From Podospora anserina (Eukaryota): a stretch of 64,000 nt of DNA. Positions within the stretch are counted from its first letter, which is position 1. Every line of letters starts with the position of its first letter. Position numbers and translations under genes: made by a program. The notes below the pieces were generated by a model. It saw only the letters and a program-made list of their open reading frames with translations, ran no database searches and was not told the DNA's origin. The stretch is from the NCBI GenBank assembly GCA_017654855.1, contig CM030335.1, positions 1 through 64,000 of the forward strand, written 5' to 3'. Positions 40,767-51,459 of the stretch are shown here, piece by piece.

Positions 40767-41405
40767 GTAGGTACTACTAAATGCCCTACTTACTACCTTA
40801 CAGATTAATATTATAGTGGGCAGTACTGCTATAAGCAGTAATGAAACTTCCCGGTTTAGATCCCTTTAGAATATTCTTTACAAAGGACCTTTGAAGGCTT
40901 ACAGGGCTACTATAGCCTAAAGCTTAGTTAATAAATACTAGAACCTTCCAAAGTAGCTATAAGCTTACGTAGTAAGTCGCTACAATAGTGTGATTAATAG
41001 GGCACCTTTGCTACCGAAAGTTTTATAGATTTCCGTAAGTTTATACTAAACCCACTTAAGCCCACTAAATACCCTAAAGTAGTATAGAGGCTTCTAGGGC
41101 CTACAGGACCTACAGTAGGCCTACGAAGGCCTATATATAAACCTCTCTTCTCTCCTGTAAAATAGTTCTCTTTCTTTCCTAAAGGGCAAAAGTTTAAGGC
41201 TAAAGCTAAAGGTAATAAAGGCAATTCTTATTCCTTATACCTCACTGTATTACAGTGCTTTACCTTCCTTCGGCACTGCCGTCGTATCCTCCCGCTTCCG
41301 CTTACGCACTGCTGTATTTTACAGCAACCCTATATAGGTTCTATATTATAGGCCTATCAGGGCTCACCAGCTAACAATAAATTATATTTATAAACTTAAA
41401 TATAA

Positions 41406-41475
41406 AACTTTAATAGGAATCGAACCTATACTTTTAACGTCACGGCTAACGTATTATATATTATATTACGAGATT
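41406..41475 (-). pseudogene. RIPed tRNA-like sequence, copy 2
   Basis: 70 nt aligning without gaps to copy 1; T-arm ATAGG-TTCGATT-CCTAT; anticodon arm TTAGC-CGTGAC-GTTAA. Confidence 0.7.
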
Positions 41476-41569
41476 AAAAAATATAATAAAATATAAGTAT
41501 AAATAATATTACACGTTTTAATTACTTTAGGAAGTAAAAGGTATATTATTAGTAATCCCTTACGAAATT

Positions 41570-42259
41570 AAAAAGAAATAACCGGCTATACTAAAATCGA
41601 AAGAAAAGTCGGAAGGCTAATTATGGTTTAAAAACGGGTCTAAGACGTAAAGCAACTACGGAACGGTACTTTAGGCAGCGTCCGGCCGTATAGAAGTATC
41701 CGGTAAAGAACTAGGCGGAGCTGCAGTTATAGACTATATTATTTGGGTATCCTCCTCCTGGATACCCCGCGCGAAAGGATATTCCTTATATATACGAAGA
41801 GAGTAATATATTTATTTTACTCGAATAAACTTAATAATTAATTATAAAAGTTAGTTTTTAAACTTTTACTCTTTACGTTCGAGCCTATCTTACTTTACTA
41901 TCGTTCGGGTTACTATCGAGCGGTTAATTACGGAATAAAAAAAATATACTTAGGAACGGAACTAACGTTAAACCCGTTATACGGAATTTTATAGCGTATA
42001 TATTTAGCGTATCGCGAAGATCCGGAGGCTATAATATAAGAGATTCCGGAGGTAAAATAAATAAAGTACGGTATTACGGTAAAATTATAGTAGAAGATTC
42101 GTAAGGTAAAGCTAGAAAACTCTTTAATTTTATAATAATATTTCTATATACGATTAAATATAATAAAAGTAAAGAAAAGTAAGGAGAGAAAATTTACGAT
42201 ATTATTAGTAGTGGAAGAAGATTAGGCCGTAGGGGTTTTGGCCTTGAAAGGGAGTATTA
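41570..42259 (+). pseudogene. Probable RIP-degraded gene relic of unknown family
   Basis: Codon-like stretches (LQL*TILFGYPPPGYPARKD; VRYYGKIIVEDS*GKARKLF) with RIP-type stops; no recognisable domain. Confidence 0.35.
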
Positions 42260-42658
42260 TATTACGGTTTTAGAAAATAGTAGGGCTACGACGACTAATT
42301 AAGGCTGGACCGAGCGATCGAGCGAGGCTTATAGTCTAAGTAGACGGAACGGACTAATAAGATAGGGACCGGGGACCACGGCGGGGCTCACGGTCCACGG
42401 TCTAGTATCGGCCAATCAGGAGTAGACCGAGGACCGTCTATAAATCAACGGTCTACGGTCCTAAGGTCTATATATACGGAGGAACTAGCTAGTATAGATA
42501 GATAATTCCGCAATATATAATATAAGTTACAATCGTAGTATTTTAACTATTATAATTAAAATATTTTATTATGTACTATTTAGCTGCACCGAACTAATTA
42601 TTAGAAGTTACCTTTAACTAATATCCCTTTTAAAAGTTTTGTATAGGGGTTCGTCACA
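42260..42658 (+). mobile_element. Crapaud-like solo LTR
   Basis: tattacgg...ggttcgtcaca termini; conserved 3' half from tatatacggaggaact; distinct GC-rich 5' half; no clear TSD. Confidence 0.88.
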
Positions 42659-42689
42659 ATAGAGGTTCGCCACACACCTTATTATATTT

Positions 42690-43200
42690 AGTAAATAATT
42701 CTTTAATTTTAACTTCGAACTTCCGTTAACTTTAGAAATATTTACCTCTAATATCTTTTAAATTAGCGGCCTTAATCTCGAAATGACCGTTCATAACTAG
42801 CTTAAGCTATATTAATACTTTATCCTTAAATCTAAATACAGCGGATAATACTATAAACTTTTTACTAAAATAATATATTAAAATAATATTAAAAATAATG
42901 CTTAAATTATATAAAGAACCTCTAAGCTTTCCGTTTTTTTTACTATAACGCTCCGGTACCGGAAATTTAATTACGTAGTTGGGCCCTATATTAACTGCGA
43001 TAATATAATCCTTAGCCTATTGAGCTTTCTCTTCTAGCTCTTTAATTTATACGAGAAGCTAATTAAAAGCACTAATCTTTGTATAGTAGCTTATCCTTAG
43101 TATACAAGATAGCAAACATATTGCTTATATAAACGGGTTTTTAGTCAGCTCTACTAGTAGTAAAGTCACCTCTAATTTATCCGTAATAAAGTTTAAGCAA
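42690..43200 (-). pseudogene. Probable RIP-degraded gene relic of unknown family
   Basis: Minus frame IIRCI*I*G*SINIA*ASYERSFRD*GR*FKDI, where every stop is consistent with a Gln codon hit by RIP. Confidence 0.35.
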
Positions 43201-43203
43201 GTA

Positions 43204-43498
43204 TATAACGTATACCGAACCTCTATCTAAAATCTTTAAAAGGACTACTTAGTTGAGTATGCTTTTGGACAATCTTAATTTAATGTAGTTAAAGAGTAAA
43301 CAATAAATAGCTTATTAAACTATAACAGTCTTAATATCAACGAATATAATTTATAATTATACACTATAAAACTATCTACTAACTAGCTAGCTCCTCCGTA
43401 TATATAGACTATTAGACCGTTGACTGTGAGCCCCGCTCTAGTCTCCGGTCCAGCTATCATTAGTCCGCTTATCCTCCTTCTTATGTCAAACCGTGACA
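43204..43498 (-). mobile_element. Diverged crapaud-like solo LTR marking the edge of the RIP domain
   Basis: tataacg...ccgtgaca termini, ctcctccgtatatatagac core; the variable half resembles that of 42260-42658. Confidence 0.8.
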
Positions 43499-43872
43499 AT
43501 AAGCCCGAAGACAGAATATATCATATATCCTAGACTGGATTCTTATGTTTGAGAATAAGGTGCCTGCTAGGAAGTTTGCCAAGACAATGGTTAATCTCTT
43601 TGACCTGAAGCATGATATTCGCAGCAATGGTCCAAAATTGTCAGGCGAAGACTCAAGCAAAGGTTACTAGGTAGTCATGGGCCTGTAAATGGTTATGCGT
43701 ATTGACATACAATAGTCTGAGAATATCTAGGTACACGAGTCATGAGTTAATGGATTGCAATTGTAAAATTTGAACTTAGTTGATATCACCTTGAAGCGCT
43801 ACTAGACTAGTAATTCTACTACACATAGCTCCATCGTAAATACCCATGTGGTGGACGCCAACTGTGCCCACA

Positions 43873-44742
43873 TTACTTTCCTTCTGGGAAATCACTGATC
43901 TTGCTAATCTCTCTCCACTCCGCCAAATCCTCCCTAGTCTTATCCAAAGCCTTTCCAATCTCAGCCGTGGCATCACTGCCCAAGGCAAAGAATCCAGGCA
44001 GCTCCCTGCCCTCGGCAACACCAGTGCTGGTGACAACATCGTATATTACCTCAGCGCCCTTGACGGGGTTGCCGAGCTGAATACCGTTGAAGTCCTTGAA
44101 CGCCTGGTCGGCCTTGGCGTTGATTTCGTCGTACTCCTTCATTCTGGTGGAGGCAGGGGTGCCGCTTAAGTTGGCCCCTGGCTTGAGCAAGCTGGTCCGG
44201 AAGAATCCGGGCTCGATCAAAGTGTGCTTGATGCCAAAGTCCTTGATCTCCTCGGCAAGACCAATGCCGGCCCAGCGAAGAGCGGCCTTGGAGGCATTGT
44301 ACAGGTTGCAGCTGTTCATCGGGTACCATGCGGCCATGCTGCCGATGGTGACAAGCGTACCTGATCCTTGCTCTCTTAGTTGAGGAAGAACGGCGCGGTA
44401 GAGGTTCAGGGGGCCGAAGAAGTTGGCCTCAAACTGCTTGTACGTCTCCTCGGGAGTGGCTTCTTCGAGGGTGCCGGTCTGGACATAGGCTGCATTGTTG
44501 ACGACAATGTCGATAACGCCGTGGACGTTGACAATTTCGGCAACAGCCTTCTTCAGATCAGGGAGGGGCTTGTTGTGGTCAAGCTGGACAGCCGTGATGT
44601 TCTTGTGGGAGAGATCGACTTTGGCGGGGTTGCGGGAGGCAGCGAGCACCTTGTCACCGCGGGCAGCAGCGACCTTAGCAAGCTCGAGGCCGAAGCCGGA
44701 GGAGCAGCCGGTGATGAGCCAAACGCGAGAGCGGGGAGCCAT
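43873..44742 (-). CDS. Short-chain dehydrogenase/reductase (289 aa)
   Basis: TGCSSGFG Rossmann motif, NNAA, catalytic YNASK; intronless ORF. Confidence 0.96.
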   Translation of the reverse strand: MAPRSRVWLITGCSSGFGLELAKVAAARGDKVLAASRNPAKVDLSHKNITAVQLDHNKPLPDLKKAVAEIVNVHGVIDIVVNNAAYVQTGTLEEATPEETYKQFEANFFGPLNLYRAVLPQLREQGSGTLVTIGSMAAWYPMNSCNLYNASKAALRWAGIGLAEEIKDFGIKHTLIEPGFFRTSLLKPGANLSGTPASTRMKEYDEINAKADQAFKDFNGIQLGNPVKGAEVIYDVVTSTGVAEGRELPGFFALGSDATAEIGKALDKTREDLAEWREISKISDFPEGK

Positions 44743-45788
44743 TGTTGGATGATCTTGATAAGTTGATAAGAGTGGTAATTCTGGTCTTGTTGAGTGAGAA
44801 GTTGTTGGATTACTGAAAAGACGCCTGCCTTCATATCTGAAACAGCCACCGCCAGAGAGCCTGTGGGAAAGGCTACATCATTTCACCTATATTTGTTTGT
44901 GGGTAGTTACCTGGCTAGCCATACGTCACTTGTTCCTTTGTGATGAATCAGACCCTGAGATCTCCCTATCCCCTAACCCCGATCGCCGAAGTGGGACAGC
45001 CCCACTACTCCGTCCCGAAATGCAGGATCCCGCATTTAGCGCTGTGCTAAGTGTTACTTTAAATTGGATTCTGCGTCCAACACGCATTGTGGTGCATCTG
45101 CCCTCTACTGCCATTACGTCTATCTAGTCTTTCAAAATGCAGGTTGAGGAACGGCAGATGCAGGGAGAGTGCAGAGATTAACACCACTGCTCCTTGATTT
45201 CTCTTGCTAAACATCAAACAGAGCTTGCCACCATAGCAGGTTTTCCAATGGCTATGATGTCAGTGGTGACTCCTGGCCAATTGCATTACACGGTTTGATA
45301 GTTTGCCGTCAGGGCGTATCGCGGCGATTGTGATGGATTGTGTATTTTTCGGATCCTGATTTTTGACTGCCGATCAGCATGTGGTTTCGGTGTTAGAGGT
45401 GGGCATTACTGTTGATCTCGGCGCTCATTTTCTCGACTTAGTGTGGCTAACGATGCGGGGTCATGTATGCAGGGTCTGATTGATGTTTTGTCCCGTTGGC
45501 CCGTTTGCCAGCCACCTTCTTTGACAGGTCAATGCTATCCCGTCTAGAATAGTCCGAGGGTGACGCAAGAGAGGCTTCTTTAACTCCGGGTCGTTCCTGA
45601 AGATATAGGCATCTCCTGTTAACCCCCATCCTGTTAAAAGACAGGCGAGACAAGATCAGATCGACCACATCGGTAGCACCCAGTCAAGCAATCCTGCGAT
45701 CCGCTCTATCTGTACGCTTAAACCGATTCACATACGTTTTTCTTTCCCAGACACTAAGGTAGCCTTCTCTTCAACAATTCGCATCAAC

Positions 45789-46646
45789 ATGGCTGTCGCA
45801 AGAAAGGTCTGGCTCATTACTGGAACCTCCTCCGGTTTAGGCCAAGCCATCGCCAGAGCCGCACTTGCTAAGGGAGATACCGTCGTCGCCACTGCTCGTG
45901 ACCCCCGCAAGATCTCGGATCTCGCATCAGCGGGTGCCATCACCGAGCGACTCGATGTGACAGCTTCTGACGAGTCCCTTTCTGAGACTGTCAACCTCAT
46001 CGTTTCCAAAACAGGAGGCATCGACATTCTCGTCAACAACGCCGGTTACATCCTTGCCGGAGGTGTCGAAGAGGTTAGCCGTGACGAAGTGCAAGCCGAA
46101 TTCAACACAAATGTCTTTGGCCAGCTAAACGTCCTTCGCGCCGTGCTCCCAGTGATGCGCAAGCAAAAGTCAGGAGTGGTTGCGAACCTTGGGAGCATTG
46201 GCGGTTGGCGTGGCACCCCTGCTGCCGGTCTATACTGCGCTTCAAAGGCGTGTGCTGCCATCATCTCTGAGTCGCTACGTGCAGAGGTGGCCCCCTTGGG
46301 TATCCAGGTGACAGTCATCGAACCTGGCTACTTCCGAACCAACTTCTTGGCCCCAGGACACAAAGTCTGGGCCAAGAACAAGATCGAGGACATCGCCCCG
46401 GTTGTGGGAGCGACGAATGACGCGTTTGAGGCTTACGACCGCAAGCAGCCCGGTGACCCCGAAAAGGCCGCTCAGCTGATTGTGGAAGCCTTGACCGGAA
46501 CTGGTAGGGCCCAGGGACGCCCACTGCCTGCAAGGTTCTCCGTCGGGAGCGATGCTTATCAGATTGTTAGTGGTATCTTGGACAGTCAAAAGAAGGAACT
46601 GGAGGAGTGGAAGGACTTGAGCACTACCACCGATCACATAGACTAA
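45789..46646 (+). CDS. Short-chain dehydrogenase/reductase (285 aa)
   Basis: TGTSSGLG, NNAG, YCASK; intronless ORF. Confidence 0.96.
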   Translation: MAVARKVWLITGTSSGLGQAIARAALAKGDTVVATARDPRKISDLASAGAITERLDVTASDESLSETVNLIVSKTGGIDILVNNAGYILAGGVEEVSRDEVQAEFNTNVFGQLNVLRAVLPVMRKQKSGVVANLGSIGGWRGTPAAGLYCASKACAAIISESLRAEVAPLGIQVTVIEPGYFRTNFLAPGHKVWAKNKIEDIAPVVGATNDAFEAYDRKQPGDPEKAAQLIVEALTGTGRAQGRPLPARFSVGSDAYQIVSGILDSQKKELEEWKDLSTTTDHID

Positions 46647-47080
46647 GACGTCTTTTCTTTTGCACCATAGAGGTATTCATGGTATCCGGATATGTGGCTT
46701 CTTGGAGTTAGTGGTTACAGACCTATATCAGAGAATAAATCAATCTCACGTTATCTCACGGGACGTATTTGCAATTGTAGCATTAAGGCTTCCTTAACTT
46801 TGTTAAGACAACGAAGGGGCAGAAAAGACCTCTTCTACTTTCTTTTCTTGAACTAGAATTAGCAAAGAAAGTGATGGCATTGATCTTTCGTCTTGTTACG
46901 ACGGTTTGCTAGGTACCTTAGCTAAGGTACTTTGAATTCAGGTTCCAACACTGGGCAATTCATCCACTCAAAGAAAAAAAAGAAACAAAAAGCCAATACA
47001 TCCATTCGCAGAACCCCAAGCCAAGATTGAGATCCGCCTTCTAACTAGGTACCTATCTCACCCTTCTATGCGTACAAGTA

Positions 47081-50000
47081 TCACTCAAGAAACCCCGTCG
47101 CCTTCCATTTTCTTACATATCCTTCGACCACCTCTTTCGCAACCCCGCTTTCACTCTCCAGTGTCTTAGACACTGGTCTAGACAGCTTGGTGTCCAAAAC
47201 AATCTGTCCTTGGCCCAAGACCCGAAAGTCTTGTTCAAAAAAGTCTTTGAGGGAAGCACTGATTGCACCAGACTTTGTCGCAAGGACCAACCACTCTTCA
47301 AACGGCACAAGTGTACCGTCTACTCGACTTGGTTGTACGTCCATCTCTCGCCCCATGATTGCAATGATGTCTCTCATCGGCTGCCTGATCGGGTTTTCGA
47401 GATGCAGAAACGGTGGCAAGACTTGCGGCGACAGCAGCATCTCGGTAAGGGCTTGGGCTGCATGGTCTACTGGCAACCATGATACAGTCTAGATATGTTG
47501 TGTGAGTAATTGTACGGATTTTGAATCCAATATAAATGACTTACCCCCTCCAAGTCCGGCCAGACCCCCAGCTTCTGGCAGGCCTTCACCAACACCGGCA
47601 TGTGCTCCCCAGTCTTCCAAAGCCCACCCCCCTTCTTGTCTGTATCTGCTGGCCCTGACAGCTGCCCGATCCTGACAGTTACACTCTCGGCCTTATCGCC
47701 CTGTGACTTGAATACTTCGGCAGCCTCTTTCATTACGCTTTCGCAAACCCACTTTGCCTCGGCATACCCCATTTTGACCGGCGCGTCTGCTTCGACAGGG
47801 CCTTCCGGCACCGGTCCATCGCCATCGAAATAACGCACAGCGGCAATCGAAGAGGCAAAGACCATACGCACCCCAACCTCTGGTCGAAGGGAAGATGCCT
47901 TTTGGCAAAGCGACAAGAGGTCGCAGAGGAGGTCAAGATGCGTACGGAAGGAAGGCAGTGTGAGCTGAAAGTCCATGGGCCAGGCGAGATGGAGGATATG
48001 GGTAACTTCCGATGCGAGAGAATCCAGGGGAAGGTGGGTTTTGCTGTCAGAGTCGAGAAAGGTGATCTTGGACCAGGAGGCTTCCGGGAGAGGGGGGAGA
48101 CCAGCTGACGAGATGGTTTGCGTTTGGTAGCTTTTCCGAGGGTCGCCCGTAAGGGGAGAGACAGAAGCTGCTGCTCGAGAGCCGCGCATTAAACAGATTA
48201 TTTTTGTTACCGATGAAAAAGAAGACAAACGGGACAGAACATGGGCGCCAAGGCTACCGGTGCTGCCTGTCATCACGACAACGAGTGGGTTGGTGGTAGA
48301 CGGCCGGGAAGAATCGAGTCGTTGAACGTACTCATCCGCCAAAGCCTTCATCGCATCCGTTCGACTATTGGGCTTCTGGAGAGATTCAGTTGACTCGCCC
48401 TCCACCAATAGCGTTCTGATGGCATGAGAAAGCAGGCTCAATGTTGGGCGACGATACACAAACTCGGCCGTCAAGCTTTCTTCCTGGCAGTTGCCAGATC
48501 GTCTGAGGGAAGATGTGATCTTCCTTGCAAGCTTCAGGCTCTGTAACGAGTCCAAACCTCGTTCGAAAAAGTCATCCTCGCTCCCTAAACTGCCTGCCTT
48601 GAACGACGGACTGACCACGTCTCTCAAGAGCATTCTGAGGACATCTTCGACGTTGTCGACATCGAAAACCGCTCCATCGTCGCTTGATCCCTCTGCATCG
48701 ATAGCCTGGTAGGCTGCATCAATTTCCGCTCTGAACATTTCCGCCGTCTCCCTACGCATAACGCTGCCTTTATCTGACCTGGGTATGGTTTTGCCGTCTG
48801 TGACAAATATGATGGCATGTTTGGAGCTCACTCTTGCATGAGCATCCAGCGTCTCATTTGCTTCCAGAACCAGCGCCCAGATCTGCTCTCTCAGCACTTC
48901 CAGGTCTGTGGTGGCAGAAGGAGAGGGCTCAACTAGCACCGCCATTTCGAATCGACCCTGGCCGACACAGACAGCTGTCTTGACATTTGCATCACCAGTC
49001 AGAAGGTCCTCCAACGTCCTCGGCATAATCTTCTCTCCGGTTTTCAATACAATAACATCGTCCACTCTCCCCAACACTCTTACTTCCATGCCCTCCCCGA
49101 CATCGCAATCAGGATTTAACTGCATGTCATCTTGGATCTCAAAGTGCTTTCCTCCCCATCCACAGGGATACCCAATCAACCGATATGACTTTGCAGCTGG
49201 AGAAGCAGGACGCAATTCCAGCCCCAAGTCAGATCTTAGCCTCAAATACCGGTGGTTGTATCCAGTTCCTGGAGTGGGACAAAAGATGGGCGCAATGGCG
49301 CCTATTTCCGTGACACCATAGTGATTCAGCAACCTAACACCCTTTTCGACCAGGTTGTTGGCAACGTCAGGGCTCATTGCCCCACCCCCTACAGCGACAA
49401 ATTCCATCTTTCTCAGCAGCGCAAAGGCAGTGCTTTGTTCCTCGACGGATGGCAAAGAGAAAATATCCTGCAAAATTGAAGGGACGCTCATCAGCGACCT
49501 TGCTTTGGACGCTTGAAGGATCTCCAGAGTCGACTTTGCAGCGGGGATGATGGAAGAGGGCGGCAGACAACATGTCAATCCCACCGAGAGCGAGAGGGCA
49601 GGTGCTAGAAGTCCGAAACCGTGGTACAAGGGTAATGTTGAGAGGTTGACCCAGGAGGGAACTTCCGAAGACGGGAACTGATGACATGCGGCATATCCCA
49701 GCAGGTAACGATGAGGAACGGGGATGGGCTTTGGCAGTCCGGTGGTGCCTGATGAGTGCAGTATCAGGGCTGTGTGGCCCAGCTTGGATTCATCACCCAC
49801 TTCGGGGACAGGTGTCTTGGTATCGCCGTTGCTGTCCAGAAAGGCTTTATAAGGCTCAGTGGTGATGATCTTGGCAGCTGATGGCCCGCGTGCAATTTCG
49901 GAGCTGATTACTTCCGTGCGTTGTGACACGAGGAGAGTGCCCGCATTGGTCTTTTGGAGCAGATGTAAAATGCTGTGGGCTCCAAGTCTTGCCGATAGAA

Positions 50001-50409
50001 GAAGAGCGGGGATATTGAGACTCAACAAGGCGCTGAGGTGAATAAACAAACCGATGTCGCTCTCCATGTAAAGAGCCACCGGGCGGGCTTTGCTGGAACT
50101 TCTGTCGGCATGACCAGTTTGGAGCGAGGCACGAAGCCACTCTGCGCATGCCCCAATAGATCTGTCCAGCTGCGCAAACGTGACTGGTTGAATGATGTAT
50201 GACTGCCTCTCCCTGTTGCTGTTGCTCTCTCGACGATGACATTCGACCTGGTGGCTGAAGATGTGATTTGGGTTGTTGATGGCGTTGAATGCAATGAGCC
50301 CCGGCAGTGAGGAGATCTCATCCGGTTTGGCCGGCTTACCACCTCTTCTTTCTGGTGGAAGCGGGCTAAAGGCAGGCCTGACAAACTCTCTCTCCTCAAA
50401 GATTCCCAT
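47081..50409 (-). CDS. NRPS-like carboxylic acid reductase (A-T-R), ~1090 aa
   Basis: A domain HSSGTTGLPK, YGVTE, GRVDD; T domain GLDSL; R domain TGSTGSLG and YAEAK. One GT-AG intron at 47544-47489 joins ...WPDLEG to TVSWLPVDH... Confidence 0.95.
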
Positions 50410-51459
50410 AGTTGACTAGGTAGTTGCGCGTTGATCTAGGTTTTTGTGAGGCGGTGATGGGATTACAAAAATAAAGGACGAGTGACTGGAAGGCAAAAGT
50501 CCCTGTTTAGACCATGGTTTGATTCGACGAGAATCCCACATTATGAACCAAGTGGTAAACTACTGTTGCAACTCCGCAGAATGCTATTTGCGCAAGTAAA
50601 ACGCTCGGGCTTTGCTGTCGCCACTTTGCGGCGTGGTTGACAGACCGGAGTAGAGCCCACACAAGATCGTCACGACATCGGCTTCTCGGGGACCGGAGCC
50701 TGCCACAGTCACTTGTAAAGAACAGATTTGACGGCGATAGCGAGATATTTGGAAAAGCCATGTCTTTACCTCCGACCACGTCATATAGTCCAAAAAGGAA
50801 GGAGAGCCAAGATTGGGGGTTTAATGTGGGCTGCAGGGACCAGTGTAGTCAGGTCAGGCATACATGCAACCCGTCATGTAAACAATGAGGTCAAGCGGCA
50901 AAGTCGCAGGTGGTGCAACTATCTTGGCAAAGCTTGACCTGTTGCCCAAAGGAACAGTTGAGAGTGCTTCAACGAGGATGTGGAAAATGAGGGATGAGAT
51001 GGAACAGTCTGTTCTCCTCGTTGTCCTTGGCTGGAGCAACAATCTGATAGTCATGAGGTCTCAGGTTGGAGCCTCTGGAATTTATCATCTCTTTGTTGTT
51101 GGGAGCGTGAAGTGCTAACCTTTGACTATCGGCCGACTGTTTTTTGGCCGCCGAGTAGCGGCATTTGACTGGAATGGGTCACATTCACATGGTGGTATGG
51201 ATGGCGAGGGCCAGTTGCCCGCCATTTTCTGGAGTGGAGTACTCCCTCCCTTGGTAAAGCAGGATACCTTAAAGTCTGGCCTCTTCCCTGCTTTTTCAAC
51301 TTGCTTCTCCTCACACACACACACATCAACTGCATTCAAAAAGGGAGCATCTCTTTGGCCTTTTGCACTTGTTCTTTCAACATAGACTTAAAAGTATCTC
51401 GAGTTGTTCGCACAGCTGCCCTACCAACTTGGACAATCACCCATACAGTCTACCTTAAC

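Larger units (their letters stand above)
27627..41376. mobile_element. Solo LTR family C split in two (27627-27639 and 40767-41376) by the Gypsy B insertion
   Basis: 5-bp TSD ATAAA at 27622-27626 and 41377-41381. The joined sequence is the reverse complement of 24188-24818. Confidence 0.85.

Noticed and set aside
25329-41224. Short ORFs at 25329, 25571, 27668, 40432 and 40994
   Set aside because: All lie inside LTRs; spurious.
46908-46932. Palindrome GTACCTTAGCTAAGGTAC and related TAGGTACCT motifs (~47047, 58447, 59831)
   Set aside because: AGGTA/TACCT low-complexity motifs are common in intergenic DNA of these fungi; no evidence of cluster specificity.
51301-51459. Upstream in-frame extension of the PKS (and likewise 58461-58589 for the monooxygenase)
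   Set aside because: The PKS extension begins at a non-ATG codon. Domain homology starts at ATG 51460 and ATG 58590, and the monooxygenase extension spans its own TATA box.
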